This document shows positions 52,286 to 64,000 of a DNA stretch of 64,000 nucleotides, piece after piece. Position numbers and translations under genes: made by a program. The stretch is from Squalus acanthias (Eukaryota). A model generated the notes under the pieces. The model saw only the letters and a program-made list of their open reading frames with translations. It did no database searches and was not told where the DNA came from. How positions within the stretch are numbered: the first letter of the stretch is position 1; every line of letters starts with the position of its first letter. The DNA lies in assembly GCA_030390025.1 (NCBI GenBank), contig CM059437.1, positions 4,092,001 to 4,156,000 on the forward strand. The letters are read 5' to 3'.

Positions 52286-52483
52286 CTGAACAAAAAGCAA
52301 CAACACAGAAATAACTGACTGAACACCACGAATCTCACAAGGAATAGAACTAGTGCACTTAAAGTAAGCATTCGAGTAAGAAAAATGTAAAACTTCACTT
52401 CTATCATTAACTGATGTTCAAAGAGATCTGAGCGGCTAGGACACAACACATCAAAGGCACATGGCCAGAAGTGTAATGGTACT

Positions 52484-52540
52484 GCAATAAAAATTTATGG
52501 AGGATGTGATTACTGACCTCCAGATAGGCGATCGTAAATC
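52484..52540 (-). promoter_or_regulatory. HB1 element of the group-4 Hox intron
   Basis: Minus strand GATTTACGATCG...GTAATCACATCCTCCATAAATTTTTATTGC, the conserved homeodomain-site cluster of Hox4 introns. Confidence 0.8.
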
Positions 52541-52616
52541 TAAAGAATGGCTATTTACAATGGGTGCAATAGATCCCGGGCTTTCAGGTGGTAAAAAGCC
52601 CAGGCAAACGACTCAC

Positions 52617-53022
52617 CGGAGTTTATATGTAATTTCTTCATCCACGGATAAACCACAGGCTCTTTGGAGCAAGGAGTGTTTTGGTTGCTGAAGTTCTGGC
52701 TGCAAGAGGGCGGTGGGCTGGGAGTCACCGAGACACACTGGTGGCCATGCTTGGCTAAGTGGCTCTGCAGGCCGGACTGCGATTGCACGGGACCCCTAGG
52801 CGCCACGACTTGCTCGCCCGAGCCCTGGAGGTTGCTGCAAGAGGAGTAGGGCTGCTCGCTGTACGCTGACCGCGGGTACATCGCCTCATGCTGGAACCCG
52901 GGCTCCCGTGCCCGGGTATAGTATTCCGGAGAATGACTTGGTAGGTAATTGTTCTGTGAATACTCTTCACACGGTGGAAATTTAGGGTCCACATAGTTAG
53001 AGTTAATCAAAAACGAACTCAT
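52617..53022 (-). CDS. hoxb4: HoxB4 coding exon 1
   Basis: MSSFLINSNYVDPKFPPCEEYSQ N-terminus and KEPVVYPWMKK hexapeptide; donor CCG|GTGAGT in phase 1. Confidence 0.96.
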
Positions 53023-53084
53023 GACCTTTAATATCTGAAATGCAAAATAACTCAAAATTTTTTCTAACCCAGCCGTTTTTTCCT

Positions 53085-53195
53085 GTTCCTTAAAACCCTC
53101 CTACTTTACTGTCAAGTGAACAAAGTTAGGCGTTCATGTGACACAGGCAGCCAATGGCAGGTCCCGTTCGATTCCCGGATAAGGAAATAGAATTG
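53085..53195 (-). promoter_or_regulatory. HoxB4 proximal promoter/5' UTR block with USF E-box and NF-Y CCAAT
   Basis: CATGTG (53135-53140)-N10-CCAAT (53151-53155) and TTCCCGGATAAGGAAAT; NF-Y/USF control of the HOXB4 promoter is established. Confidence 0.75.
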
Positions 53196-54424
53196 GACGC
53201 TGAATGCTCCCAACCTTCTCCTCTAAACAGTTTTTGATTACAGCTTTTAATGTGTGCTTTTTTTTTTATTCCTGAAACTTTGCAAGTTTACAAATAGGAT
53301 CTTCTTGCTTCAGGTCCGTTAAACAGACTTGAAGTCGACCAAATGTTTCTATATTATGTGCATCAATGGTTTGTTGTCGTCGATATCACTCCCCAAAAAT
53401 TAATTGAGTCAGTTTTTAAAAAGCATAAAATAGGATCTGATATGTTAGAATCTATCGTGCCTTGTAAATCTTTCTGTAATCGCCATGCTAACGCCTTTGC
53501 AGAGCTTGGGGAGGGGGAAGGCGTTTGGGCTGGCAAAGATAAATCGGGTTGCTTCGGATCAATAGAAAATTCATCAACTAATTCAGGGCACCTAAGTCAA
53601 CAAATTACATTTAGCAGTGCATTAGACGGGCGATTTTCACCCAGAATATCCCTTGCTGAAACGATTCTGCTCGAATCATCCCTAAAATAGGCATAATTAT
53701 AAGATAGAAACATTTCACAGGTGCCAACCACACGAAGTTGCCCACGTTCGATTAAAAACATCGCAAACTGCGGAAGGAACGTTAGCACACGCTTGTCTCG
53801 TTGCTACATTGAATCGCTTTCGTTGGCTGCAATTACAAATGCAAAACATATTGCAATAGAGCTGCAACATCCTTTTATTGTTGAAATCCTCCTGTTTGTG
53901 AATTTCAGAGATTAATTAAGAGTATCACACAAATAACTGTTAAGTTTTATTTAAAATGATACATATAAAACCGAGGAAAAAAGACACAAATAACTGGAAT
54001 TAAATAATTGAAGATGATCATATACTTTTTATGTATTGTAGACTGTAATTCCATGCACAGCAAACGACATGCGTGGGGGGGGGGGGGGGGGGGGGGTTCG
54101 AAATGATTAATTTCTAAGTCATAACAAACCCTTTAAATCTGACCATTTCTAAACGGAGGAATGCGCGGGATTATCGAAAAAGGTAACAGTTACATTCCAT
54201 ATTTAAATGACGTAACAAATCCAGCACCAGAGAGTGCTGAGAGTACTTGCAACAAGACAAAAAAAGGGAAAGGATAACACGCCATTACAGGCAGCAATCT
54301 CACCCGCAGAACCAGGTAGATGAACATGCTTCGATTTTATTTATTTAGATATATTATCGATTTGTAGAAAGAAGATTCTAGACGTGAGCATATTCTTCTG
54401 TCTTCCGGGTGACTGTTGTAGCGT

Positions 54425-54515
54425 TTGTGTCCACTACATACTCCCCTAGATACGAATTTGTGACCACAACTTTGTCAACACAAATTCGGATCTACAGGGT
54501 ATATATAGAGGACAG
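54425..54515 (-). ncRNA. mir10a: mir-10a-type microRNA precursor
   Basis: 5p arm TACCCTGTAGATCCGAATTTGTG (54479-54501) equals miR-10a-5p; 3p arm CAAATTCGTATCTAGGGGAGTA (54439-54460) pairs with it; canonical position 5' of Hox4. Confidence 0.97.
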
Positions 54516-56627
54516 ACAGATACTTTGCAGCATTTTTGTAGCTCAGAGACGTTCAAAAGCATCCATGTAAATGTACACACTCTATTGAAGCAAATGTACA
54601 AAAATATGTGTATTATATATGTATCTACACAACTTGAGTGAGGATCCGCTTCTCCGATTTCTTGCAGTGATTTGCTATGCAATGGATGTATCTTTATATA
54701 CATCGAAATGTGAGTCGTACAGTTTTGCAAATGTATAGAAAGCAAAGCCAGTTAATTCTGAACAAAGTATTCTGCAAGAATCCAAACCATTCACTTCCAG
54801 GGCCAACTTCGAATCACCCTCAAGTAAACACCCATGCGTTTATATAAAACAGTGAGAAAGGAGGCCAAGTCACATGTGATACTACTTTTCCAAAAGTTTG
54901 CTTACAGCTGCAACAGAGACAAAGAAATTTTCTTTATATTTAATTTATTCACGAGCAGTGGATGAGCCGCCACGCAGTGGCTGTATAAATCTTACAGTAG
55001 ACATTGGGAAAACCAGGCATCCTCCCCCCGTGATAAATTCTTGTAAAAGAAAGAACGTAACTGTGGTGTACTTGGCTGATTTATATTTGTGTAGCAGGTC
55101 GCCCAAGTAGTGGGAACTAAACAGCCAACTAAAATGACCTCAGTACTTTTCACACACAGTGTGATTTTTTTTCTTAAATAGAATGGCTGCCATAAATTGC
55201 CCATAAAATTCTATATTAAAAACTTTGCCAATCTAAATCCATTTACGACGGAGGAACATAAATACCAAATGGCTTCAGCACAAAACACTTTTATGAATAG
55301 GGACAATGTTGTTTAACATGCAAACTGTATCAAAGATTTCCGGTGATGGCAATAAAACATGAAAATGATGCAGAGCCTTCACTCCGCGCACCCTCCGCAT
55401 GTGAAAAGACTTTATGACTTAAAAAAACTTCTCTCTTGCAGGTCTAACTTCACGATAATGTTAATCACCATCTTTAAAATCTTCCAAAAAAAAACAAGAA
55501 TAATTTTATATAATGTTACTCTTATCTAATAGCCTTGGCCCTTACAGTTGTGTCTTTTAAACATGTTTTCGCTATCACTGCAGTTAAATAGGAAATGCAG
55601 AGCCTTTTCAAATGTGTCTTTTCATAAAAGATAAACCCGGTGCTTTGTTTGACTCGCTGTAATAAAAATGTCGACATTTCGGAAGTTTGGAAGATGAATA
55701 TATTTACTGTCCCCTATCTGCTCTGCATTTCAAAGGAATCTCGCTATAGATTGCTATCCTAACAGAGGATGCAAACAGCAGCGAGATGGGGGAGGCCTTT
55801 TCCCCCTCCTGTTTGTAGCCTGCCATAGGGGAAGTGAAACGCAGGCCTCAACCTTACTGTAGTAAAGGACTCACTACTGCTAAGGATAGTGACTTAAACA
55901 AGTAAACATGCAAATGCTGTCAACATACTAAGCATTAAAAAAACTAGCTGTCTTGACATAAATATCAACATCGTTCATATGTTTAGAAACACGGTGACAA
56001 TTAAATGATTGCAATTAATTTAGAGTTACCAGTGTTTAAACCACATATTCTGATCATTTATTTTGCAAGGTTAAATTGTGGTATTCTGTCTTAAACACAC
56101 TTATACACACATCTCTCTCCACATCGCCCCCACCCCTCCATCCTAGATATATATGTTGGGGTTAGTTCAAGGCTAAAATGTCACCAAGTTACTCCAACAT
56201 CCTAACATAGATTTCCGATTGCGTTAAATCACATACATACCCTCACACACACACACACACAAAAACCCTTTGTGTTTCTTCCTCTACATTCTCAAATTCT
56301 ACATTACAGGACGCGTCGGTTTGGGCTTTGCAAAAAAAAAATCGAACAGAGAGGTCCAAAATACCAACTTCAACATAAACATATTCGTTCTCCTTTGTCT
56401 GTTCTTGCACTGATAACATCTAGTTAGAGGAACGCTTTCCAGCAGCCCTCTATTTTTTCCCCCATTCGAAAAGCCTAGCAGCTTTTTAAGAAGTGGCCGA
56501 GCACCGGCCTGGTGAACATTTTGTTTTCTCCCTTCAGTTTTCGTATTAATCTCATACACTGACAGTCTTTGTTAAACACCAAGGCGTGCCGTGCGTCCGA
56601 GTACATTTTAATATTTGTTAGACGCTT

Positions 56628-56644
56628 TGACCTGAGTTTCACCC
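56628..56644 (-). promoter_or_regulatory. B4U-type DR5 RARE upstream of HoxB4/mir-10
   Basis: GGGTGA-aactc-AGGTCA on the minus strand; RGGTGA-N5-AGGTCA is the group-4 5' RARE type. Confidence 0.8.
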
Positions 56645-57953
56645 CGCTCTTGGACTCTCCCCCTCTACAAGTTCTATAGTACGGAGAGGTCTCTCAGTCA
56701 TATTGAATTTTGCTCAGGTCATTACGTTTGAGAAAAATAGCAAGGCAGGAGTTTACTCAAAACAGCATTAAGGCTGGAAATTCTCTCAAGCATAGCATGT
56801 TTTGTGATTCCATTAGCATCAAATATTTATTATAGAAGTCACAATTCTAGGATTCTATAGGCAGTTACGTACGCAGATTCCAATTTGAATAACAAAAGTA
56901 ATTAATTGGTCTGTTTTCTCGTGCATGCTTAGGTTGCATTAATATAAAATGTTCTTTTTTTACAGTTACATATTTCACATATTACTACATTGAATTAGTC
57001 AAAGAATAACATCAAGAGATAAGGCGTCAGTCGAATAAAAAGTCCCAGCACATTTCACATTTTCTATGTGTGTGTATGTGTGTGTAACAGAGAATTAATT
57101 TAATTTCTTGAAAACGATTGTTTTAACACGTCAGAGGATTTTCTAATTAAAACTAACGAGTATGGCCCCTCACTCGACACAACCCCCTCCAGGCAAATGT
57201 CAGCAAATTTCTCGAGGAACTTATATTCAAAGATGCTCAAATTGTATTTCATTTTCCCCTCCATTTTCTCCTGATGTACTTTCTATCTATTAACAAATTA
57301 GTGAAACCGTGTCGGTACAGTGTTAAACATGCAGGAATAAAAAAAAGGTTCAAATATTTTCCAATTCCACCATATTATTTAATATATAAAGTAGAAATTT
57401 CAATTTCATGCGAAGGGTATGGTGAATGTTGCTTTGACTGAATGTTTCAGTCAAGGTTGGGGAAATGGCGTGTTTATCTGCACCTATTGAATCCATTGTT
57501 GTTAGCTCAATGTTTTCGGTGTAATTTATTGTTTAAATCATATGTTTTGTTGGACATTGCACATAATAACACATTCAACGATGGCATTAAATGATAGAAA
57601 CATCCCCATGCTGCTGTTTACTGTTTGTGCTGACGGTGACTTACCCGCCCCCTCAAAAGAACCCTATAAGTTACAGAAACTGCTTTGGCTTAAAATAGTG
57701 AATTTAAGGCTTTAAAATAAACAAGCATCAGAAGAGACGTTTATATGAAATAGAAAAAACTTATGAACACTCAATTTCATGAAAGAAAGCAAAAGAAGGC
57801 AAATGTGATTTCAAGTGAATATGATTTTTTTCATCCATCCAGAATATAGGTAACACGGTTTGCCACCGAATTTAAACCGATACAAAATATTTCATATGCA
57901 GAAAGTATTATTGTGTTCATTTTATATCAGAGGGAGAAAAGTAAATATATAAT

Positions 57954-58065
57954 CCCTACATTAAAACAGTGACTACACTTCAAAAGTATTTCATTGGCTG
58001 TAAAAATGCTTTGGGACGTCCTGAGGCCATGAAAGGCGCTGTATAAAGGCAAGTTCTTTATTTCT
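57954..58065 (+). mobile_element. 3' tail fragment of the same SINE/LINE family as 45-485
   Basis: ATTGGCTGTAAAAATGCTTTGGGACGTCCTGAGGCCATGAAAGGCGCTGTATAAAGGCAAGTTCTTT closely matches 414-480. Confidence 0.85.
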
Positions 58066-61000
58066 ATAATGCACAAATAAGTTATGTAAGACATCCACAT
58101 AAGCCAATCATTGCAAAATTCCCTTAAAATCGATTAGTTTAAATTTTATCCATGGTAATTTAAATGCATAACTGTGGTCTTTGTAAAAAAAAATAAAAAA
58201 ATGTATGCAGCAGACATAGTGATTTCATGCTTAAATTATTAGAAAATGCACTTGTTTCAATGTGGAAGCAATAGAAAATAGAAAGAAAAGTGACTTCAAG
58301 AGTAGGCCGCCCCGAGTTCCCCCCTCGTTGTCCATAAATGTGTGTTTGGAAATACTTTTAGAAGTTTGCTACACAAATTCCTCATTCAAACATTCAAAAT
58401 TTAAGAGCCTATATATTTACTTTGAACAGATTTATTGCAGAGTAACTATAGTGTAAACAGATTTAAAACATGTTCGGTGCGCAGAACGACCCCAAACACA
58501 CTACCTCGCAGACAGATTTAAATAGCTTACTTTGTTTAAATGATCGGACTAGGGCCCAAGGCTTGTAGATTTTTTGTGCAACTTTTTAAAAATTGTGCAT
58601 TGGCGTGAGATAGGAAGCAGAAACACGCGTATTAATGATAATTAAAGGAGGCTGACATCGAGTTCATTTGACATTTGATTTGAGACCTATGGGAAGAAGC
58701 TAGATCAAGCTTATTCTTTTTTCCTTTTGTAAAATTTGATCGAAATTCTCCGAATCTTCATGGATGGTCGCAAAGAGATAAACTTTATCCTGGGAATCTA
58801 TAAACGGGTAACTGGGGGGGAGGGGGGGGGGGCCTAAAGCAAGTACATGGGCGAAATGAAATAACTTAACCTATTCCCTGTTTGAGAATATGCAATATAA
58901 TTCTAGGGTCTCGCGTTCCGCCCTTTAATGACTTTAATGCCTTATATGATACTTGAAATCTAGCATTTCCTCAATCAAGTGGAAAACTCTGTCTCTACTT
59001 TAATTTGATTTCCTGGCTCTATCTTTCCCCATTTCTACCTATACATGCCAAGACTATATATGTTTGAAAACGTCGCGAATGTGCATATGTTCCTATTTTA
59101 TGTGTCATTTTCACATTAAGTTGTGTAATTTATACTTGACTCGGCTCATCTTGTGTCCTTTTGCCCTGATATAACAACAGACATTTACTATTCATCCTTT
59201 TCCGTCACGTCACCAATTTTAAATAAATGCTTCTATTTCCATACAACTTGACTCTCAAATGTTTTTGAAAGGAAAGCTGATTACATCTGGCGGGAATTAT
59301 TTGACTCGTCCATTTGTGTTTTCAAAGTCTCTTATAACCTATACCACAACCCCTTCCGCCGTGGATCTGGTGATTTCTATTTATTGTGCAGTGTGTCCTA
59401 TAAAAGAGATCAATTAATCCTCCCTGTTTTTGCACAGATCGTGGTCAGGATAGTTAGATGACCCCCCCCCCCCCCCCCCCCCCCACCACCTCCCCAACCT
59501 CTCTCTGTCTGTCTCTCTCTCTCCCTCGTCTTATTTTACATACTCTGTAGATTGTTGTCCATTGCTAAGCTCGACCTCCACTTCCACATCTTACCTCGGT
59601 ATCATTTTCTCATCTGCGCCGATAGCCAAGATCACCCCTTTTACCATTGACATCGAACTGGGTCTATCTAAGCAGACAACAGCAAGTCACGCACGACGTA
59701 AACTTTTGACCCTCCACTTTTTGACCCCTTAGCTATAATGCTGTACTAACAAGCCCCCATGAACAGTTTCAACATCACAATCCTCAGACAGTATTGCTGT
59801 ACAGTTTTGCTTTTTTCCCCCACGAGGCTCGATTTTATTTTAAACTTAGCGCTGCTTCACTTAATACATATAATTTAGAAATCGAAAGATTTTATTGAGA
59901 CACTGGAATTTCTTGAAAGTTGGGTTTGAACTCTTCAAGAATGTTTTTATTTCTTACCGGCTCTGTTTGAATGAATTTATATCATTATTCGTCAGGAAAA
60001 ATATACAAACTGAAAGGGTGAGTTTTGAAGAGATAAATGACTACAGCACTTAGAAACTGCTGATAGTGCATAAGTAGAACATTTTGGGGAGATATCAAAC
60101 AGACTCCTCCGACTCTGTTCTGCCAGATTAACTGCAATGGAAAGGCTGGTAAGCTTTGTGGCAGAAAGGAGACGCATAATGACTATGAACTTGGTCTGAA
60201 GCGGGCTCTGGTGGCGGATCTGACACGTTGCATGTGTAAAATAGCTCCCCAGATTCTGTTCATATTTGTTTCAATTTCTGCTTTTAAATCCGATTTTTAT
60301 CGCGGCAACATATCACAAGTTATTTGTAGCAAAAGTTTTTCGAAAGCATTGTCAGTTTGTGTATACTGTGCGCTCCGTGTGACGTTAGACTGGCAGCTAT
60401 CGTACCTTGTTTAATAAAATCGGAGTATATTTAATATAAAGAAGCAGGTCATCAGGACAATCCCTCAAGAGATGAAGCATTAACAAGGGTTTTAGATTAT
60501 CTTTGTCATCAGATTGTGTAATATTTCGGAAGCTTAAATGTAATCCAAAATTAAATTAAACTAAATTCAATTCAATTCAATTAAGTTAGGGTATTGGACT
60601 GTAACTGACGGAGAACGAATACTATACAAAACAGTTCTGGATATTTGTAATACTTTTTCAAACTAAACGAATAAGATTTTGTGTTGTGAAATGTCTCGCT
60701 CAATCGCACTGCAAATGTCAGGCATCAACCTATCTATTTTTGTATAAGTAATGGGGGTTAACAAATCTGCACGGCCTGTGTGCCATAAAAACACTAGAGC
60801 CTTTTCTAGAGTAGCAGAATTATTATGTTGCCTGATACCAATTATATTGTGGTTTATAGTTTTTTCTTTCATTTTTCAATTTATTAAGTGAAGGAGATGT
60901 ATCGAAAATAACAGTGCTCTGTAATTTAAGATCTCACCTTCTGCCCGTGTTGCATTTAATTAGACCATGATGTGTATGCTGGTCTCGCTTAGGTCGCGCG

Positions 61001-64000
61001 TTCTGGAACAGGGTGCCGGTTTGTGGCCTAAAGTGATCCCTGTTACTGACGGTAGAAACCGCGGGGTAGAGTTAATGATAACGTATGGGATCTGAATGCT
61101 TTTATCTGTGTGTCTGCAACTAGATGTTTAATACGGCGATATAATCATCTGACACCTTTATGACTCCGTCGCGCGTTTGTGTGACTGCCTTTTGTTTCCT
61201 TTCCCCCTAAATTACAACCTTAACCCGGTCCTCAAATCCATCCAGTGCCTATAAACGCGCCAGATGCATCCCACTTAAAAAAAAACCTAAACAAAGAGAA
61301 TGCATCACCTTTAGACTGTGCAGTTAACCTGATAGGGATGGTTATCGATCCTATGGAACAGATAATTCGCTTGTGATAGTAGCAGGAGCAAATACATCTG
61401 TGTTAGAAGGGGGGCAAGAAACGACACCACTTTCGCTGCATCCAAATTATTAATGTTACAGTTGACTATCGATTCACGGTATAAACGCTTGTGTCTGCGT
61501 CGATTTACAGAGAGGAAGGGAGGCCTGATAACCTTAAATAGATTGGGAATGGCTTGAATGGTTGTTTGTGTTTTATAATTAATTATGAATTATTTGCAAG
61601 GCTTTTCCGCCCTAACTGAGTTAGATCCAATTGGAACCTAAATCAGTATTTCTTCTACAATAGGGAAAATTACAACCTACATATATATTTGGTGCTATTT
61701 GACATTCTCTTTCTTACACTTAGCTATGGCTTTCTTGGTCAGGATTGGTATTTTTTACTTATGTACCAATATCTATAAAGAGCCCGTAGTTTCTTGTCTC
61801 TTTTTGTAATTATGTATGCTCTATCAGTTTCTTTCTCACACTAATCATAAACTATTACACTAATGTATTTCCTGAGCATCCTGCCTTTAAATCAGATTGA
61901 AAAAGCTAAGTGAAGGGCCAAGTGTAGGACACCATCAAGGCTGAAAAGAATAGAAGTTGGTTGGTGGTGTATGAAGCGGATCTGAAATTGACAGATTATT
62001 TTGCTTCTGAAGAAAACAATAAAAACTACAAATAACGTGTTTAGCCCAAACACAAAACCGTGAGCCATTTGGCCGTAATGCTCTAAATCCACGTGTAAAA
62101 TAGGTACTTAGAAATTCTAAAACGAATTGCATTAATTGTTGCTTTTTCCCCATTTTACTGCAGAACACTGAAGGACACGCGTTCAGTTATACCGGGCACT
62201 AGGAATAAAATGAGAAATGGAACGCAAGACCACAATGTACTTCCTCCGTCAGGGATGTGTTTTCCTGTTTACCCACTGGATTTCCTGAGCTATCAGCGCG
62301 GAGAAGCAATAAAAAAGATGACAGAAACATTTCGAAATTCTGAGAGAGAGAAAAAAACTTTTGACTCCTAACATTGATTTAAAAAGCTCCCGCCCCCCCC
62401 CTCAAACTGCAGACCGGAAACGGCAAGAATTAAAAAAACTTGACAGACGGCTTCGAGGACTTTGCCACAACACTGATTATCACAGGGTGAGAAACTTGAC
62501 ATTTACTGATGAGAAATGTCAAAGTATAATTTTCCTCTTATGTATCTACATTTCTCCTTAGACTGCTTTTGTGACTGCACAAGTAATCTTTACAATGAAC
62601 CTCAAAATTTGCAGACAATCACCAGATTAGCGTGACGGGAAGTCTAGTACAGTAAGGGTGATAATGCTTCCAATTTTACTCTTGATAAAAGCACACGGTG
62701 ACAGTATCCAAGCACTGCAACACACAGTAAGTGCAGTGTATAAATAAAATACTAACTATATTATAGAACGCTAGTCTCTGTACTTGTTTGGGGTAATTCT
62801 TTATTGTGGGATCAAAGGACATCCGTTTGTGTTAAGAATCTCTTTAGCCTAACAAATTGATATAGCACCTATTCCCCTGTCTCTCACTTAAACTTGAAAC
62901 CCCAAAGGAAAAATTTTCGTATACAAGTCTGTGCAACTTTCAATTAGTCGTACTTAAGAGTCACATTTCAAAACGATGACATTTATAGAGGCTAAAAGTC
63001 TATAATTCTAAACTGACAGCAGTAAGAGTTAAAGGCTGTAATTTCGAAGTAATGATTTAGTTTTGCGTTTGAATCCAGAACAGTTACAGAAAGTATGGGG
63101 CACTTCATATTTTGAAAACATTTTGCTAGTTGATCAAATACTTATTTTACAATTGGATATGGGTGGAAAAATACACCTCTATCCACTTTTACACATGCAT
63201 CTTAGGCTTTAGAGTGCAGGTTAACATTGCTGCTGTTCCCTTGCTCACCTTGAATGCATTATGAATTCACAAGATAGTTTACTTAGGCCAGAGTCAGAAA
63301 ACCCAGCCTAACTCGAACCTACTGATCGAGCGTCGAAAACAAGAGTGGGAGATGCCGAAGGTGAGGCAGTATTAGGAGGGGGAGGGGGGGGGGGGCGCAG
63401 TTTAGTCACAAATATTATTAAGGATAATTTTGAGATTAGACCCCACTCACTGTAACATGGGTGCTTTTAAATAAGAGTCCTATTTTTTTCCATTTAATCT
63501 TTGCAAAAGTTTACGATATAGTTACTAACATATATTTGGATGTCCCTTCTTTTAAGCATTAAAAACACTGGCGATCAACTTGACTCTTAGTTTAACAAGA
63601 AATATAATTAATATTCCTTCTGCATTCAGTTAGTGGGAGAGTTAACATTTGGAACACTGATAAACCAAGGAAGTGTTTTAAAAATAATAAAAAGATGTCC
63701 TTGACTGCACACCGCCTTCCTCAAAAGGCCGATTTCCTTTTTAAACAATATACGTAAACAGACTATATAAGATTACATTAATCCACACGGGACAGTGTTG
63801 AACTGCCAATGTTCCAACACAATGATTATTACAGGAAATTAAAAAAAACGTTGTTAATATTTCGTAAATAAAATGAAGTTAAGGCAGAAACGAAAAGCCT
63901 GCATCGTTTTGTATCTGGATTATTAACTGGAGTAAACTTTGCATTAGATTAACAACTAGAAGTGCGAACACGTTTGAGCAAACCCCCGCCCCCACCCTTC

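Noticed and set aside
53161-53180. GTTCGATTCCC resembling a tRNA T-loop/B-box
   Set aside because: No cloverleaf or A-box; it lies in the HoxB4 promoter block.
14032-54515. Assignment to the HoxA or HoxD cluster (sharks also have HoxD2)
   Set aside because: miR-10a-type mature sequence, b1-ARE, the Hoxb2 PH site and B-type residues in groups 1 and 4 favour HoxB.
57434-57454. Inverted repeat TTGACTGAA-tgt-TTCAGTCAA
   Set aside because: Too short for a pre-miRNA and plausible by chance in 64 kb.
62700-64000. HoxB5 3' end
   Set aside because: No homeobox in the window; a minus-strand AATAAA near 62800 alone is not enough to call a UTR.
1-64000. CRISPR arrays, rRNA, operons or other prokaryotic systems
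   Set aside because: Eukaryotic intron-containing locus; no repeat-spacer arrays or rRNA-like sequence seen.

Overview
Vertebrate genomic DNA, most likely a cartilaginous fish (shark-type CR1 LINEs and Deu-domain SINEs, ancestral-looking Hox proteins); the species cannot be determined from this window. It covers the 3' (anterior) end of a HoxB cluster on the minus strand: HoxB1 (14032-15760), HoxB2 (24016-25704), HoxB3 (30554-32545) and HoxB4 (51966-53022), each two coding exons joined by a phase-1 GT-AG intron, plus mir-10a (about 54425-54515). No HoxB5 coding sequence was found before the window ends. Many known Hox cis-elements are recognisable: HoxB1 3' DR5 and DR2 RAREs, the b1-ARE, HoxB2 r4 and r3/r5 enhancer motifs, a group-3 DR5, an ENE-position DR5, CR3, HB1 and a B4U-type DR5. 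Transposons are dense in the first 7.5 kb and sparse inside the cluster. The most unusual observation is a pair of ~80-nt segments 6.8 kb apart (49440-49520 and 42621-42703) that are reverse-complementary, with G-U wobbles favouring the Hox-sense RNA. Both lie in predicted non-coding HoxB3 leader exons, so splicing would assemble a long stem-loop, and a 54-codon uORF would start in one arm and stop in the paired position of the other. All motif calls were made by eye and comparisons to published elements are from recalled knowledge, not database searches.
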